From positions 1 to 61,935 of IMG/VR virus record IMGVR_UViG_3300044724_001247: a DNA stretch of 61,935 nucleotides. One strand, 5' to 3'. This document shows, in pieces, positions 46,190-55,690 of the stretch (the first letter of the stretch is position 1; each line of letters starts with the position of its first letter). The notes below the pieces were generated by a model. The model saw only the letters and a list, made by a program, of their open reading frames with translations, did not search any database and had not been told where the DNA came from. The position numbers and the translations under genes were made by a program. Source of the stretch: a virus (lineage: Duplodnaviria > Caudoviricetes).

Positions 46190-47157
46190 GCCGCAGTGGC
46201 TTCGTCAGCATCCCATCCCCAGTCACCTTCCATACCGTTAACGGAATACTCAGTAACACGTTTCTCAAAGAAGTTATCATGGGACGCACCGTTCAATACC
46301 CAGTCCAACCACGGTAGTGGATTGTCCTTGACACCGAACTTTGGTTTCAATCCCAGTTGTAGAAGTCTACGGTCTGCAATGTGACGGATGTATTGCTTGA
46401 CATCTGCCTCTGGCAGGCCTTCAATCTCACCCGACTTGTACGCCAGTGTAATAAATCGATCTTCTAACCTTACGGCGTTCTTGGCCATCTGATAGATCTT
46501 AGACTTCAATTCATCATTCACGACACGGGGACGTTCTTCACAGAACTCGCGGAACAACTTTGCATTACCCTGTACATGCAGTGTCTCGTCACGGATAGAC
46601 CACTCTACAATCGTACCCATACCCTTCATCTTACCGAACCTCTGGAAGTTCAGCAGCATAACAAATGATGCGAACAGAGACATACCCTCATTGAACACAG
46701 ACTGTGCCAATACCAGTGCAAGACCAGTCAGGTTGTTAATGTCTCCCTCTTTCATAAAGTCGATCTTATCAGCCATCTCCTTGTACTCAAGGAATGCGTG
46801 GTGTTCCTCATCAGGCAGACCCAAGGTATCATTCAACAATGCATAGGCACGTTGGTGTACACCCTCACGGTTTGCAAACGAGGACAACATGTTACGGACT
46901 TCGTTGTTTTTGAAACGAGGAATCAACAACTCGTGATAGTTCTCTCCCACTTGTACATCAGACTGAGTAAAAAGCCGCAGTACTTGGGTGATGAACTCTT
47001 TCTCTTCTTCGGTCAGTTTGGTTCTCCAGTCTTGGATATCCTCAGACAGTTCTGCCTCATCCTCAACCCAGTGAACCTCTTCATGTTTCTTTACTAGTTC
47101 TACCGCCCAAGGATATTGAAACGGTTTGTAAGTTTTACTGAACTCTAGTAGTGCCAT
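46186..47157 (-). CDS. nrdB: Ribonucleotide reductase class Ia beta subunit
   Basis: YKPFQYPW, EGVHQRAY, DETLH, NFFE. Confidence 0.97.
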   Translation of the reverse strand: MALLEFSKTYKPFQYPWAVELVKKHEEVHWVEDEAELSEDIQDWRTKLTEEEKEFITQVLRLFTQSDVQVGENYHELLIPRFKNNEVRNMLSSFANREGVHQRAYALLNDTLGLPDEEHHAFLEYKEMADKIDFMKEGDINNLTGLALVLAQSVFNEGMSLFASFVMLLNFQRFGKMKGMGTIVEWSIRDETLHVQGNAKLFREFCEERPRVVNDELKSKIYQMAKNAVRLEDRFITLAYKSGEIEGLPEADVKQYIRHIADRRLLQLGLKPKFGVKDNPLPWLDWVLNGASHDNFFEKRVTEYSVNGMEGDWGWDADEATAA

Positions 47158-47164
47158 TTATTTT

Positions 47165-49150
47165 TTACCCCTCACAGGCGATACATTCGTCGCCATCTTC
47201 AGTTTCGTGGTTCTCGTTCAAGTGTTCCATCAATTCGTCCCAACCACCCACGTACTCACCTTCTAGGTAGATCTGTGGTACAGTCTTGACTTTACGACCA
47301 GTGACCTCGGCAGCAGTCTTTCCGATTTCTTTCAGGTCAATATAATCAAACGGGATTCCTCTCAACGTCAATTCTTCCTTTGCCATAGCACAGTATGGGC
47401 AATCGTCCTTTCCATAGATTATAGTGCGAGTATCACCTTGGAGTGCGACACGCTCTACTTTCTCGGATACGTTCTCTGCTCTTTGTTTTGCCTCTGTACG
47501 CAAGTAGTACAGACCCTTGAGTCCTTCCTTCCATGCTTTCAGATGCACCTTATTGACATACGACTTCTCAGCCCCAGCAGGGAAGAACAGATTCACTGAC
47601 TGTCCCTGACAGATAAACGGTTGACGTTCCGCTGCGTGTTGCACCACCCAGTTTTGATCAAGTTCATCCGCTGTCTTGAAGACTGACTTCTCTCCTTCGG
47701 TTAGGAAAGGAAGATGTTGTACCGAACCCTTCTTGGTAATAATTGATGTCCAAGTCGATTCGTTGTTTTGACCCTTCTCATCTAAGAGTTGGGTCAAGTA
47801 TTTATTCTTTACAAGGAATGAACCGGCGCGTGTCCTATGTGTGTACGCATTTGCCTTGAGGGGTTCGATAGACGGAGAGGTGGACAAGATAACACCACTG
47901 GACGCATTCGGGGCGATAGCGAGCAAGTGTGCATTTCGTCTACCAGTTCCCACTCCATCAGGATATTCTCCTCTTTGTTCGGCGAGAAGTTCAGTTTGTT
48001 TGTCGGCTTCTTCTTTGATATGTCGAAAGACAACTTGATTGATTTCCTTCGCAGCCTCAGACTCCCATGCAACGCCGTGCTTCTGAAGTAGGCTGTGGAA
48101 TCCCATCGCCCCAAGTCCGATAGATCGTTCGCGTTCTGCACTATATTTTGCGCGTTCAATTGTATTTGGGGCTTCATCGATAAAGAACTGCAAGACGTTG
48201 TCAAGCATAGTAATGAGATCACGAACAATACTCGTATCTTTCCATTCATCGTAGTACTCCAAGTTTAGACTCGACAAGCAACACACCGCAGTACGATCTG
48301 CGCTTGTAGGAAGATGAATTTCATTACATAGATTAGACCCGTGGATCTTTAGTCCACGATCTTTTAGTGACTGGGGTAGGGACGCATTCGCAGTATCAAT
48401 GAAGTTTAGGTAGGGTTCACCAGTACGGAATCGAATCTCAAGGATACGCTCCCACAGTTTACGAGCATTGACGGTTTCTTTTACACTATCGTCTTTTGGG
48501 TCACGTAGACTAAAGTCTAGATTCTTTGTCACCGCTTCCATGAACTCGTCGGTAATGTTGAGTGCATTGTGTAGATTCAATGCCTTACGTTGCACATCAC
48601 CCGTGGGGATACGCATGTTCATGAACTCAATGATGTCTGGATGGTGGATATCCATGTACGCAGCGTAGGAACCCTTACGAGTCTTACCCTGACGATACGC
48701 AATCATGTCAGCATCTACTGTGTGTAAGAAGGGTATAGGGCCTGGCGCAATGTCTGACACGGTACGCACATCACTCCAATGACCTCCAACACCACCACCG
48801 TATACACTAAGCCAACGTAACTCAGAAGAATGGCCGATAAGACCTTCCAACGTATCTGGTACATAAGTGAGGAAACAAGAGATAGGCATTCCCTTGTCTT
48901 TCTTGGTGCCATTCGGAGCATTGGATAGAACCGGAGACGCGAACATGAACCACTTATTAGACACATAATCGTACAACCTTTGTGCAAGATCTTCGTCCAT
49001 TTCGTTTCGGTACTTAGACCATGCTTCTGATGCCCTTTTGAATCCCTCTTGAGGACTCTTCTCATAATCACGTAAATAAAAGTCTTGTAACATTCCTACT
49101 GCGTATTCAGCGAGGAGACTATCTTTCTTTTTATCAATTTTGACGGGCAT
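47165..49150 (-). CDS. nrdA: Ribonucleotide reductase class Ia alpha subunit with C-terminal glutaredoxin domain
   Basis: ISCF, GGGVG, SNLCNE, APNASS, LYYLR; then CPYC..TVPQI..VGG; terminal CIACEG. Confidence 0.97.
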   Translation of the reverse strand: MPVKIDKKKDSLLAEYAVGMLQDFYLRDYEKSPQEGFKRASEAWSKYRNEMDEDLAQRLYDYVSNKWFMFASPVLSNAPNGTKKDKGMPISCFLTYVPDTLEGLIGHSSELRWLSVYGGGVGGHWSDVRTVSDIAPGPIPFLHTVDADMIAYRQGKTRKGSYAAYMDIHHPDIIEFMNMRIPTGDVQRKALNLHNALNITDEFMEAVTKNLDFSLRDPKDDSVKETVNARKLWERILEIRFRTGEPYLNFIDTANASLPQSLKDRGLKIHGSNLCNEIHLPTSADRTAVCCLSSLNLEYYDEWKDTSIVRDLITMLDNVLQFFIDEAPNTIERAKYSAERERSIGLGAMGFHSLLQKHGVAWESEAAKEINQVVFRHIKEEADKQTELLAEQRGEYPDGVGTGRRNAHLLAIAPNASSGVILSTSPSIEPLKANAYTHRTRAGSFLVKNKYLTQLLDEKGQNNESTWTSIITKKGSVQHLPFLTEGEKSVFKTADELDQNWVVQHAAERQPFICQGQSVNLFFPAGAEKSYVNKVHLKAWKEGLKGLYYLRTEAKQRAENVSEKVERVALQGDTRTIIYGKDDCPYCAMAKEELTLRGIPFDYIDLKEIGKTAAEVTGRKVKTVPQIYLEGEYVGGWDELMEHLNENHETEDGDECIACEG

Positions 49151-49221
49151 CTATTTTTCCATGGTGTGCGTTTTATCGGAGGGTAATAGTATATATCACC
49201 CCCGCATTTTTTAGATCAGGT

Positions 49222-49250
49222 ATTATACTCTCTTGGTGGAAAAAAGTCAA
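49222..49250 (-). promoter_or_regulatory. Sigma70-type promoter for nrdAB
   Basis: TTGACT-N17-TATAAT. Confidence 0.82.
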
Positions 49251-49651
49251 TCTTTTTCTGAGATTTCTTCTTCTTTGGGTTTGCGCTGGATAGCGCCTTC
49301 GTAGTAGGCTATGATTGCTTTCTGTTGTTCCATGTATCGACGGATCTCAGCAATATTGAGTGCCAGTGTCTCATATGAACGTACACTGAATGCGTAGAAT
49401 ACCCACTCTTGTCCGTTATCTTTCTTGTAGACTTTGATGAATTCGTCCCAGTTCTCTTCAGTCACCACATAAATCTTGGGATGATTCAGAGACACCGGCT
49501 TAGGGGCAACCTGTAGAGGTATCTTCTTTTCGATAAACTTCGTCTTGACAACAACCTCTGGTTCGGGTGGTTGTCTACCAATCAGTGAACACCCACTAAT
49601 TACTGGTAGAAGCAGAAGTAGCAGCAGCGCCGCTGATAGTTTCAATTTCAT
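49247..49651 (-). CDS. Outer-membrane lipoprotein, o-spanin (Rz1-like)
   Basis: Signal peptide with ISGC lipobox; Pro-rich region; overlaps the upstream i-spanin. Confidence 0.75.
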   Translation of the reverse strand: MKLKLSAALLLLLLLPVISGCSLIGRQPPEPEVVVKTKFIEKKIPLQVAPKPVSLNHPKIYVVTEENWDEFIKVYKKDNGQEWVFYAFSVRSYETLALNIAEIRRYMEQQKAIIAYYEGAIQRKPKEEEISEKD

Positions 49652-50000
49652 TCCATACCTTCTTCGTAGCATTGTTGACCCTTGTTTCAATCATCCCAGG
49701 CTTCTTCAGACTGAGTAGTGTGAGGTCATGACGTTGTAGTTTACTTCGCAAATTGTCCGTATAGACTTCCGCTTCTTGTAAACCAATCTGTAGTTCTTGG
49801 TTTCGTTCTGTCATCTCTTGTGCGAATAACTGCGCTTCTTCTAGAGCCTTCTGATTCTCTTCCGCAACAAGTTTGAGTTTGACATTATTTTCACGCAGAG
49901 TTTGGATACGCTCTTTCATATCATTATACTCGCGGTAGACGCCAAAGGCAACAGCACCGACCAGACCGAATATGAAAATAAACAAATAGACCCTAATCAA
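49596..50000 (-). CDS. i-spanin (Rz-like)
   Basis: N-terminal TM followed by coiled coil. Confidence 0.72.
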   Translation of the reverse strand: MIRVYLFIFIFGLVGAVAFGVYREYNDMKERIQTLRENNVKLKLVAEENQKALEEAQLFAQEMTERNQELQIGLQEAEVYTDNLRSKLQRHDLTLLSLKKPGMIETRVNNATKKVWNEIETISGAAATSASTSN

Positions 50001-50580
50001 GTGCCTTTGCTCCTACTTTTCTGTGTCCATTCCATGCAACAAACCCACCGACACGCAGTGACCAGTATGCAAGATTGTTTAGAAAGTGAAAGCCGTTCTG
50101 TTCGATGTTGATGTCACGGAACAGTTCGTCAGCTTCTTTTTGTGTCATGGGGTCTGTGGTGGACTTCTTGCCCTTCTTCAACAGCACGGTGTATTTGTAG
50201 ACATAGTCATGAACCAGTCCACCTATCAGGAGTACACCCACGGGAGACAACCATGATCGTAGGAACTTGGGAATTGATGCGCCGTCGAATACAAACCCTT
50301 TTGGAACAACATAGTTCTGTTCATTGACCGTAAACTGCCAGTCCTTGGTGATCTCCCAAGTGCGAGACCCCGTCAACCATAACCAGATTGCACCCCAGAA
50401 ACCTTTACCAGCTGTTTCAATTGTGATGGGTTTCATCTGGGGCATCTCTTTGAATGACAGTCCTACGATGTCTTCTTCTTGATCAACACCGAATAGGTTG
50501 ATGATCCACCCTACGATAATCAACACACCAGCGAGTGTGAATTGCCACCATGTGGTCAGTTGGTCAATGATAAACTCCAT
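49993..50580 (-). CDS. DUF1353-like membrane protein
   Basis: VPKGFVFDGASIP..VHDYVY..EADELF. Confidence 0.8.
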   Translation of the reverse strand: MEFIIDQLTTWWQFTLAGVLIIVGWIINLFGVDQEEDIVGLSFKEMPQMKPITIETAGKGFWGAIWLWLTGSRTWEITKDWQFTVNEQNYVVPKGFVFDGASIPKFLRSWLSPVGVLLIGGLVHDYVYKYTVLLKKGKKSTTDPMTQKEADELFRDINIEQNGFHFLNNLAYWSLRVGGFVAWNGHRKVGAKALD

Positions 50581-50766
50581 TTACTTACTCCAGTACTTTC
50601 TCGATTCTTCTTGTTTACTTATAAAGCGTTTCAAGACATCCGGTCTCTCGTCGCGTTTCTTTTTCTTCTTGAGATGCACCGGAACAATCTTTTCGGGGTT
50701 GTCCCCCGCTCCAGCGACTGATCCTGTGGCAGTCATCTCTTCGTTGAACTCTTTGAATCCTTTCAT
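50581..50766 (-). CDS. Small late protein with putative capsid-targeting N-terminus
   Basis: MKGFKEFNEE; ATGA overlap. Confidence 0.65.
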   Translation of the reverse strand: MKGFKEFNEEMTATGSVAGAGDNPEKIVPVHLKKKKKRDERPDVLKRFISKQEESRKYWSK

Positions 50767-51362
50767 CGTGTTATTTCCCCAGTGGAAAAGTAGACCCACT
50801 GTTTAGAGTTTAGATGCATTCCTTTATAGATGTCTATACCCAATACCTCAGAGATCGGCTTGGAATCACCCTCGAAGATCCTTACCTTGTCATCTTTCTT
50901 CACAATATCTTCGCAGTCTTGTGTGATTGTGTCGTACTTGAAACGATATATGCCAGGCCCGATTTGTTTGTCCTCTAGCATGAACCACTGAGAATCTTCT
51001 GCGAGAACATCAAGGATATCGATCCCAGTCTCTTTGTGAATCTGCATAAGTTTAGAATTGGGTAGTTGACCATGTTCTTTGATCAATAGAAGTGCGGCAC
51101 CATACCGTGCAACCACGGATTGTCCGCCAGGCGCCTTCGCCATGATACGCTTGAGATTGAACACCAGTCGATGGAATGGGGTGTAATGGTCACGATAAGC
51201 TGCACGGTCATCAGTACTATTCGTATTGAAGTCCTTGCGTTTCTTCCCGTCCTCATCGACGATACCTGCCTTGTATGCGTCAGTGTCCGTAAACGGAGTG
51301 ACCAACAATTTCAGGAACCGGATCGTGTATACGAGGTCTGCTGCTGTTTTTAGTAATCCCAT
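50763..51362 (-). CDS. Conserved late (probably virion) protein
   Basis: RFLKLLVTPF..AYKAGIVD..YTPFHRLVFNLKR; late promoter. Confidence 0.8.
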   Translation of the reverse strand: MGLLKTAADLVYTIRFLKLLVTPFTDTDAYKAGIVDEDGKKRKDFNTNSTDDRAAYRDHYTPFHRLVFNLKRIMAKAPGGQSVVARYGAALLLIKEHGQLPNSKLMQIHKETGIDILDVLAEDSQWFMLEDKQIGPGIYRFKYDTITQDCEDIVKKDDKVRIFEGDSKPISEVLGIDIYKGMHLNSKQWVYFSTGEITR

Positions 51363-51367
51363 ATGTC

Positions 51368-51375
51368 TATTTATA
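51368..51375 (-). promoter_or_regulatory. Late promoter TATAAATA
   Basis: Exact consensus 5 nt upstream of the ATG at 51362. Confidence 0.85.
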
Positions 51376-51739
51376 CGTTTTTGATCTCACGCAATCGTTC
51401 AACTACCAAAGTATCCATTTCAATATTGGTATATTCGGTATTTTTAATTGCGTTGAGGAATATTAAAAAGGGTTTTAATGTGCCCCAGTGTTCAAGTTCA
51501 ATCTTGAGTTCTAGGATGTTTAGTCCAGCCTCGAAACCAAATACATTAAATATTACGATGAGATGATTGAGGAGGAGGCGTTCAGATAATACACCAGTAT
51601 CACGGTAACGATTAAGTAATCGTTTGATGTATTTGAACTTCTTTAGATCTTCAAAAAACTCTTCACTATCGATACATCTAGGATTATGATAGTTCTGAGC
51701 GGCATATACCGTTACATTGTCTTTGGTGAGTTTCATCAT
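51371..51739 (-). CDS. Conserved T4-like hypothetical protein
   Basis: YHNPRC..EFFEDLKKFKYIKRLL..LNHLIVIFNVFG; TATAAGTA 5 nt upstream. Confidence 0.8.
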   Translation of the reverse strand: MMKLTKDNVTVYAAQNYHNPRCIDSEEFFEDLKKFKYIKRLLNRYRDTGVLSERLLLNHLIVIFNVFGFEAGLNILELKIELEHWGTLKPFLIFLNAIKNTEYTNIEMDTLVVERLREIKNV

Positions 51740-51766
51740 ATAACTACTTATATGACTATTTCAAAT

Positions 51767-51782
51767 GCCCCCTTGCGGGGGC
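51767..51782 (-). terminator. GNRA-tetraloop hairpin, probable terminator
   Basis: Minus strand GCCCCC-GCAA-GGGGGC followed by ATTT. Confidence 0.6.
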
Positions 51783-51789
51783 GCATAAA

Positions 51790-52122
51790 TTATTTTCCAG
51801 AGAGAATATCTCTGGTCTTTTCCAGTAGAGTCTTCTTGCTTTCACGGCGATCAAGTTCGACACCATATTGGCGACTGACCGCCTCAAGTTCTAACTTGTT
51901 CATATCTTCGAGAGGCTTGTTACCAATCGGAGCCTCGGTCAAGACTTGCGGAGCAGTCACTTCAGGGACTTCAGTCAAGACCTTTGCAGTCTTACCGTAG
52001 AACTCATCAATCTGCGTCTGAGAGAATCCACCGGATGAATACAATTCACCTGATACCGGATCTTCCCAACCACGTACAGTAGGAACTGCGTTTGAACACC
52101 ACGCTGGAGCTTTGATTGTCAT
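51790..52122 (-). CDS. Hypothetical protein with C-terminal HeH/Rho-N-like motif
   Basis: LEDMNKLELE..GVELDRR..KKTLL. Confidence 0.72.
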   Translation of the reverse strand: MTIKAPAWCSNAVPTVRGWEDPVSGELYSSGGFSQTQIDEFYGKTAKVLTEVPEVTAPQVLTEAPIGNKPLEDMNKLELEAVSRQYGVELDRRESKKTLLEKTRDILSGK

Positions 52123-52123
52123 A

Positions 52124-53188
52124 TTAATATCCTCGACGTTTTGCCATTCGTTCTAAGAATGCCTTTGCTTCCTTAGTACGAGCATCATAGGCCTTCTTTT
52201 CTTTCTCGGTGTCGCGCTTCATCTCACCAGCGAGGTGTGCACGTGCCATATCAACAAGAGATACAGAACCGTTCTGAGTTGCGGCATCAACTACCATCGC
52301 CTTTTCTTCGATGGTCTCGACACACTCACCGCAGCAATCTTCGGTGCCACAGTTCTCGTGTTCTTCCTTTACAGGTGCTTCTGTTGATTTCACAACATTG
52401 GTGTCACCCGCAGCATTGTCCTGTGGACGCTTACCAGACTTTGCCTTAGTTGCTTGTCCAGCCTTAACAGCAGTCTCGTGGGTCTCTTCTTCGTCCTTTA
52501 CCTCAACCTTATGCTTATCGGCAAACTCTTTAGACTTAGGAGATTCCTTGTCCATGATACCTTCAGGTTTGGTAGCACCTTTAGTCTCTTTGCGTTCACC
52601 CAGAAGGTTCTCGAACATACTTAGAAGCTCTTCGGTTGCTTCACCGATCTTAGAGATCTCAGCAGTCTTGGCATTAGAAGCGACTTTCTTTTTATCGTCT
52701 TTCTTACCAGCAACTTCAGGTTTCTCTTCTTCGTCATCTGACTCTTCTTCACCTTTGTCTTCAGAATCTTTCTCTTCACCATCTTTCTTAGGTGGGAAAG
52801 GTTTCTTCTTCTTAGGTTCGTCAGACTCTTCTTCGTCACCTTCTTCTTCTTTTACAGAATACTTCTTACCAGCAACTACGAACTCGTCATCACCTTTCTT
52901 CTTAGCAGCATTGAGTGCTTTGGTGAATGCGTTACCTTCTTCTTTATCTTTGTTCTTTGCTGGTTTCTTACCACCATCGATGGCATCATCGGTAGCAGCA
53001 CGGCGCTTGTGTAGATACTCGTCTGAGGAATCTACATCACCGTCATTGTCGATGTCTTTGTCCTTACGATCTTTGAACTTCTTGTCGTTCTCTTTATCGT
53101 TAACAGGATCTAGTTTTTTCTCACCAAGATTAGCATTCACCACGGAGGCCCATGCAGCACCTAGTTTTTCGATATCAGATGTTTTCAT
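52124..53188 (-). CDS. Highly charged putative internal head/core protein
   Basis: K/E-rich low complexity; DKDIDNDGDVD; late promoter at 53261-53268. Confidence 0.72.
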   Translation of the reverse strand: MKTSDIEKLGAAWASVVNANLGEKKLDPVNDKENDKKFKDRKDKDIDNDGDVDSSDEYLHKRRAATDDAIDGGKKPAKNKDKEEGNAFTKALNAAKKKGDDEFVVAGKKYSVKEEEGDEEESDEPKKKKPFPPKKDGEEKDSEDKGEEESDDEEEKPEVAGKKDDKKKVASNAKTAEISKIGEATEELLSMFENLLGERKETKGATKPEGIMDKESPKSKEFADKHKVEVKDEEETHETAVKAGQATKAKSGKRPQDNAAGDTNVVKSTEAPVKEEHENCGTEDCCGECVETIEEKAMVVDAATQNGSVSLVDMARAHLAGEMKRDTEKEKKAYDARTKEAKAFLERMAKRRGY

Positions 53189-53198
53189 TTTGTCTCCG

Positions 53199-53486
53199 TT
53201 ACATCCAGAAGTATTTAACTATTGCACCTATAACGGCGATAGTTATAACGTACACTACTTTATTTATAATGGCAACCGTTCTCGCGTTGTCATCTACCTT
53301 TTTCTCTATATCATCTAACTTGGCGGAGAATCTATTCATCCGGTCAAAGTTGTTATGGTTGTTCTTCTCTATGGCAATCAACTTCTCTTCAGCCCGTGCA
53401 AGACTAATCATTGCTTCGGATAGTTTATCTATCTTCTCTTCAATGCGATTTAGTCGAGTTGAGTCTGTCTCTCGTTGTGTTGCCAT
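53199..53486 (-). CDS. Coiled-coil protein with C-terminal TM (holin/XhlA-like candidate)
   Basis: RLNRIEEKIDKL..; single C-terminal TM. Confidence 0.65.
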   Translation of the reverse strand: MATQRETDSTRLNRIEEKIDKLSEAMISLARAEEKLIAIEKNNHNNFDRMNRFSAKLDDIEKKVDDNARTVAIINKVVYVITIAVIGAIVKYFWM

Positions 53487-53514
53487 GTTTCAGTACTACC
53501 CATTTAGATAAAGT

Positions 53515-54192
53515 CTAACTACTATTTATAAGACTGCGATTCTTTAATCGATACTCACAGATCTTATACTGCCAATGTTCTGGGATTCTCATCCCCAAAT
53601 ACTCACCCACCCGAGCGAGTTCTTTTACTGTCCCCGTCGAGTCAAACAACAACTCATACGGATCGACCATTAGAAAGTCATGGTCATCTGGGATAGTCTC
53701 CATGTACACATGAAAGTAATGTGCCATGGACTCCCAAGGTCTATTCCAAAACTGGTCTACATCTAGTATCCCATCGTCAAGCATGGCCTGACCCTGAGCA
53801 TGATCTGATGGTTTCACCAGTTTCAGTTTCGCTAGACGTTCTGTAAATTCAAGACTCTTTCTGTTTCGAGGCATGAATATGATCGTCTTTGTCTCGTCCC
53901 AATCACTCCAGAGATAGTCAGACCAGAACTCTTGGTTGAGGACAAACCCGTAACCATGATCCAATCTAACATTCCAAAGTTTTTCGTTCCACTCAGGCTT
54001 CTGAACTTTCCGAGGATCGTTCCTAGTCACCTCTATCTCGTGTGACTGGTAATCCTCTCGTTTCAGAAACCAGCGTTCTGTATTCCTTTCCTTATGTAAA
54101 GGTTTCTCAGCGACCTCATCTAATTGCTGTAACAAACCACCGAAAAACTCACCACCAGCACCACCACGGTACAATACATTTATAATCTTCAC
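53515..54192 (-). CDS. Sulfotransferase-like P-loop protein
   Basis: LYRGGAGGEFF, DH, PYELL. Confidence 0.5.
   Translation of the reverse strand: MKIINVLYRGGAGGEFFGGLLQQLDEVAEKPLHKERNTERWFLKREDYQSHEIEVTRNDPRKVQKPEWNEKLWNVRLDHGYGFVLNQEFWSDYLWSDWDETKTIIFMPRNRKSLEFTERLAKLKLVKPSDHAQGQAMLDDGILDVDQFWNRPWESMAHYFHVYMETIPDDHDFLMVDPYELLFDSTGTVKELARVGEYLGMRIPEHWQYKICEYRLKNRSLINSS
53523..53530 (-). promoter_or_regulatory. Late promoter TATAAATA
   Basis: Exact consensus upstream of 53486. Confidence 0.75.
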
Positions 54193-54458
54193 TGACCGTC
54201 ATATATCCTTAAAACTAGGTCACCTTCGCCTTTTAATATTCTATGGTATTCCATTGCTGGTATACTATAACTATGTTGTTCCATCAATTGCATAGGCTCT
54301 TGATTGTCAAACTGTAGTTTCCAGTTGTAACCCTCTAGCACAATGATTCGTCTCTTTTCTTTATCCCTGTGCCAGACTAACTCTTCTTCGTTGACATCTT
54401 TACTGAAGGTTCTGATACTTCCATGAATCACCTTCAGTTCATTGTAGGGGGTTACCAA
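54189..54458 (-). CDS. Cupin-like small protein
   Basis: ELVWHRD..WKLQFDN..YHRILKG; start uncertain. Confidence 0.7.
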   Translation of the reverse strand: MVTPYNELKVIHGSIRTFSKDVNEEELVWHRDKEKRRIIVLEGYNWKLQFDNQEPMQLMEQHSYSIPAMEYHRILKGEGDLVLRIYDGQ

Positions 54459-54967
54459 AAGAAACTCCCACCACCGGACAGTCCTAATTGCTTGGCATAA
54501 CGAGGCAAACGACACGCCCAGTATGCTGCTGTAGTCTTGTCATTCTGTTGGTCACACTTGTGACGAGCAGCAAATGACTTACGTGCCTTCGGATCATTCA
54601 ACTTGACCTTGAGTCCAGTCGTATCACCCCAAGACACCTTCTTGATATTACCTGTGGACGGATCTTTGACGTACACATAGTACTTCTTCGGGCCACCCGC
54701 CTTCGGTTTGTTCAGTTCTGGTTGTTTCTTCTCTGCTTCAAAGATGCAGTCCAGCGCAACATTCTCGCCATTGAACTCAGCAAACTCACCAAGGTTAGAC
54801 TCCATGATGTCTACCTCGTGGGGTTGTACTTGCAGTTCACCATTGTGATACTGTTCGCGTAGGTCACGCCAGTACTCAAAGTACTTCTCTGATCCCACAC
54901 GGAAGATATTGTTCTCTACCAGATCTGACTCTGATCCGCAGTCACAATGTTCGTTAAATGTTCTCAT
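54452..54967 (-). CDS. Conserved hypothetical protein (putative internal head protein)
   Basis: MRTFNE; KKYYVYVK..ARKSFAARHKC..YWAC. Confidence 0.78.
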   Translation of the reverse strand: MRTFNEHCDCGSESDLVENNIFRVGSEKYFEYWRDLREQYHNGELQVQPHEVDIMESNLGEFAEFNGENVALDCIFEAEKKQPELNKPKAGGPKKYYVYVKDPSTGNIKKVSWGDTTGLKVKLNDPKARKSFAARHKCDQQNDKTTAAYWACRLPRYAKQLGLSGGGSFFW

Positions 54968-55689
54968 TAGATTCGTGACTCATTAACAAGAACACCTTCA
55001 GCAAAGATTGAACCAAAGGTTGAACCAGATAGTGACCTCAATTGAAGTGCAACATCTGTCTTCTCATCATACTTAAAGGGTGATACTCTTACAATATTCA
55101 TGTTCTCAAAGAATGTGGTATCAGCGACACGAAGGTCTCGTCCATTAGAAGACTCTACAAAGTTTCTAAATCTTGCCGCTTTACCACCATTCGCATCAGT
55201 GCAAAATGCATCAATACGCTCCAGAAGAAAACAATGTCCCTTTGGAACTGTATATATGGATGCTTGATTTCTTCCTGTTCCAGCGAGAATCTTAGCATAT
55301 GTTACACCCGTATTAGAAATTGTTATATCACCAGTCGCATTACCAGCAGTAATAACAGCATCATTGATACGGAAATATTGATTTGTTGTTGTTACGGCAG
55401 ATGTTCCATTCACAGTGACAACTTCTTGGATTACCTCATAATCAGCATTGAGACCAATGATGAGTAGTGAGATTCCAGTGTCTCCTGCTTGTGTGCTTAC
55501 GATTGACATTGTAAGTGCGGCACTAGGAAACACATAATCTCCTGCGACTTCCCACGGTGTTCTAAACTCAGTTGTTACAATATTTGCAACAGCGCCTGTC
55601 GTTCCAAAGATGTTTCTTACAGACGCACCTTTAATCAAACCTCTTACGAGGTTTATTCTCATATCTTCAAGATAATGTGAGTCTGCCAT
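54967..55689 (-). CDS. Beta-rich putative virion structural protein
   Basis: Thr/Gly/Val-rich; GLNADY..NG..FRIN..YTVPKG. Confidence 0.68.
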   Translation of the reverse strand: MADSHYLEDMRINLVRGLIKGASVRNIFGTTGAVANIVTTEFRTPWEVAGDYVFPSAALTMSIVSTQAGDTGISLLIIGLNADYEVIQEVVTVNGTSAVTTTNQYFRINDAVITAGNATGDITISNTGVTYAKILAGTGRNQASIYTVPKGHCFLLERIDAFCTDANGGKAARFRNFVESSNGRDLRVADTTFFENMNIVRVSPFKYDEKTDVALQLRSLSGSTFGSIFAEGVLVNESRI

Positions 55690-55690
55690 C

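Noticed and set aside
49185-49200. Possible NrdR box upstream of nrdA
   Set aside because: Only the central TATATAT resembles the consensus; it could equally be a weak late-promoter variant
52311-53318. 335-aa Ser/Phe-rich plus-strand ORF
   Set aside because: Reverse complement of the K/E-rich gene's GAA/AAG codons
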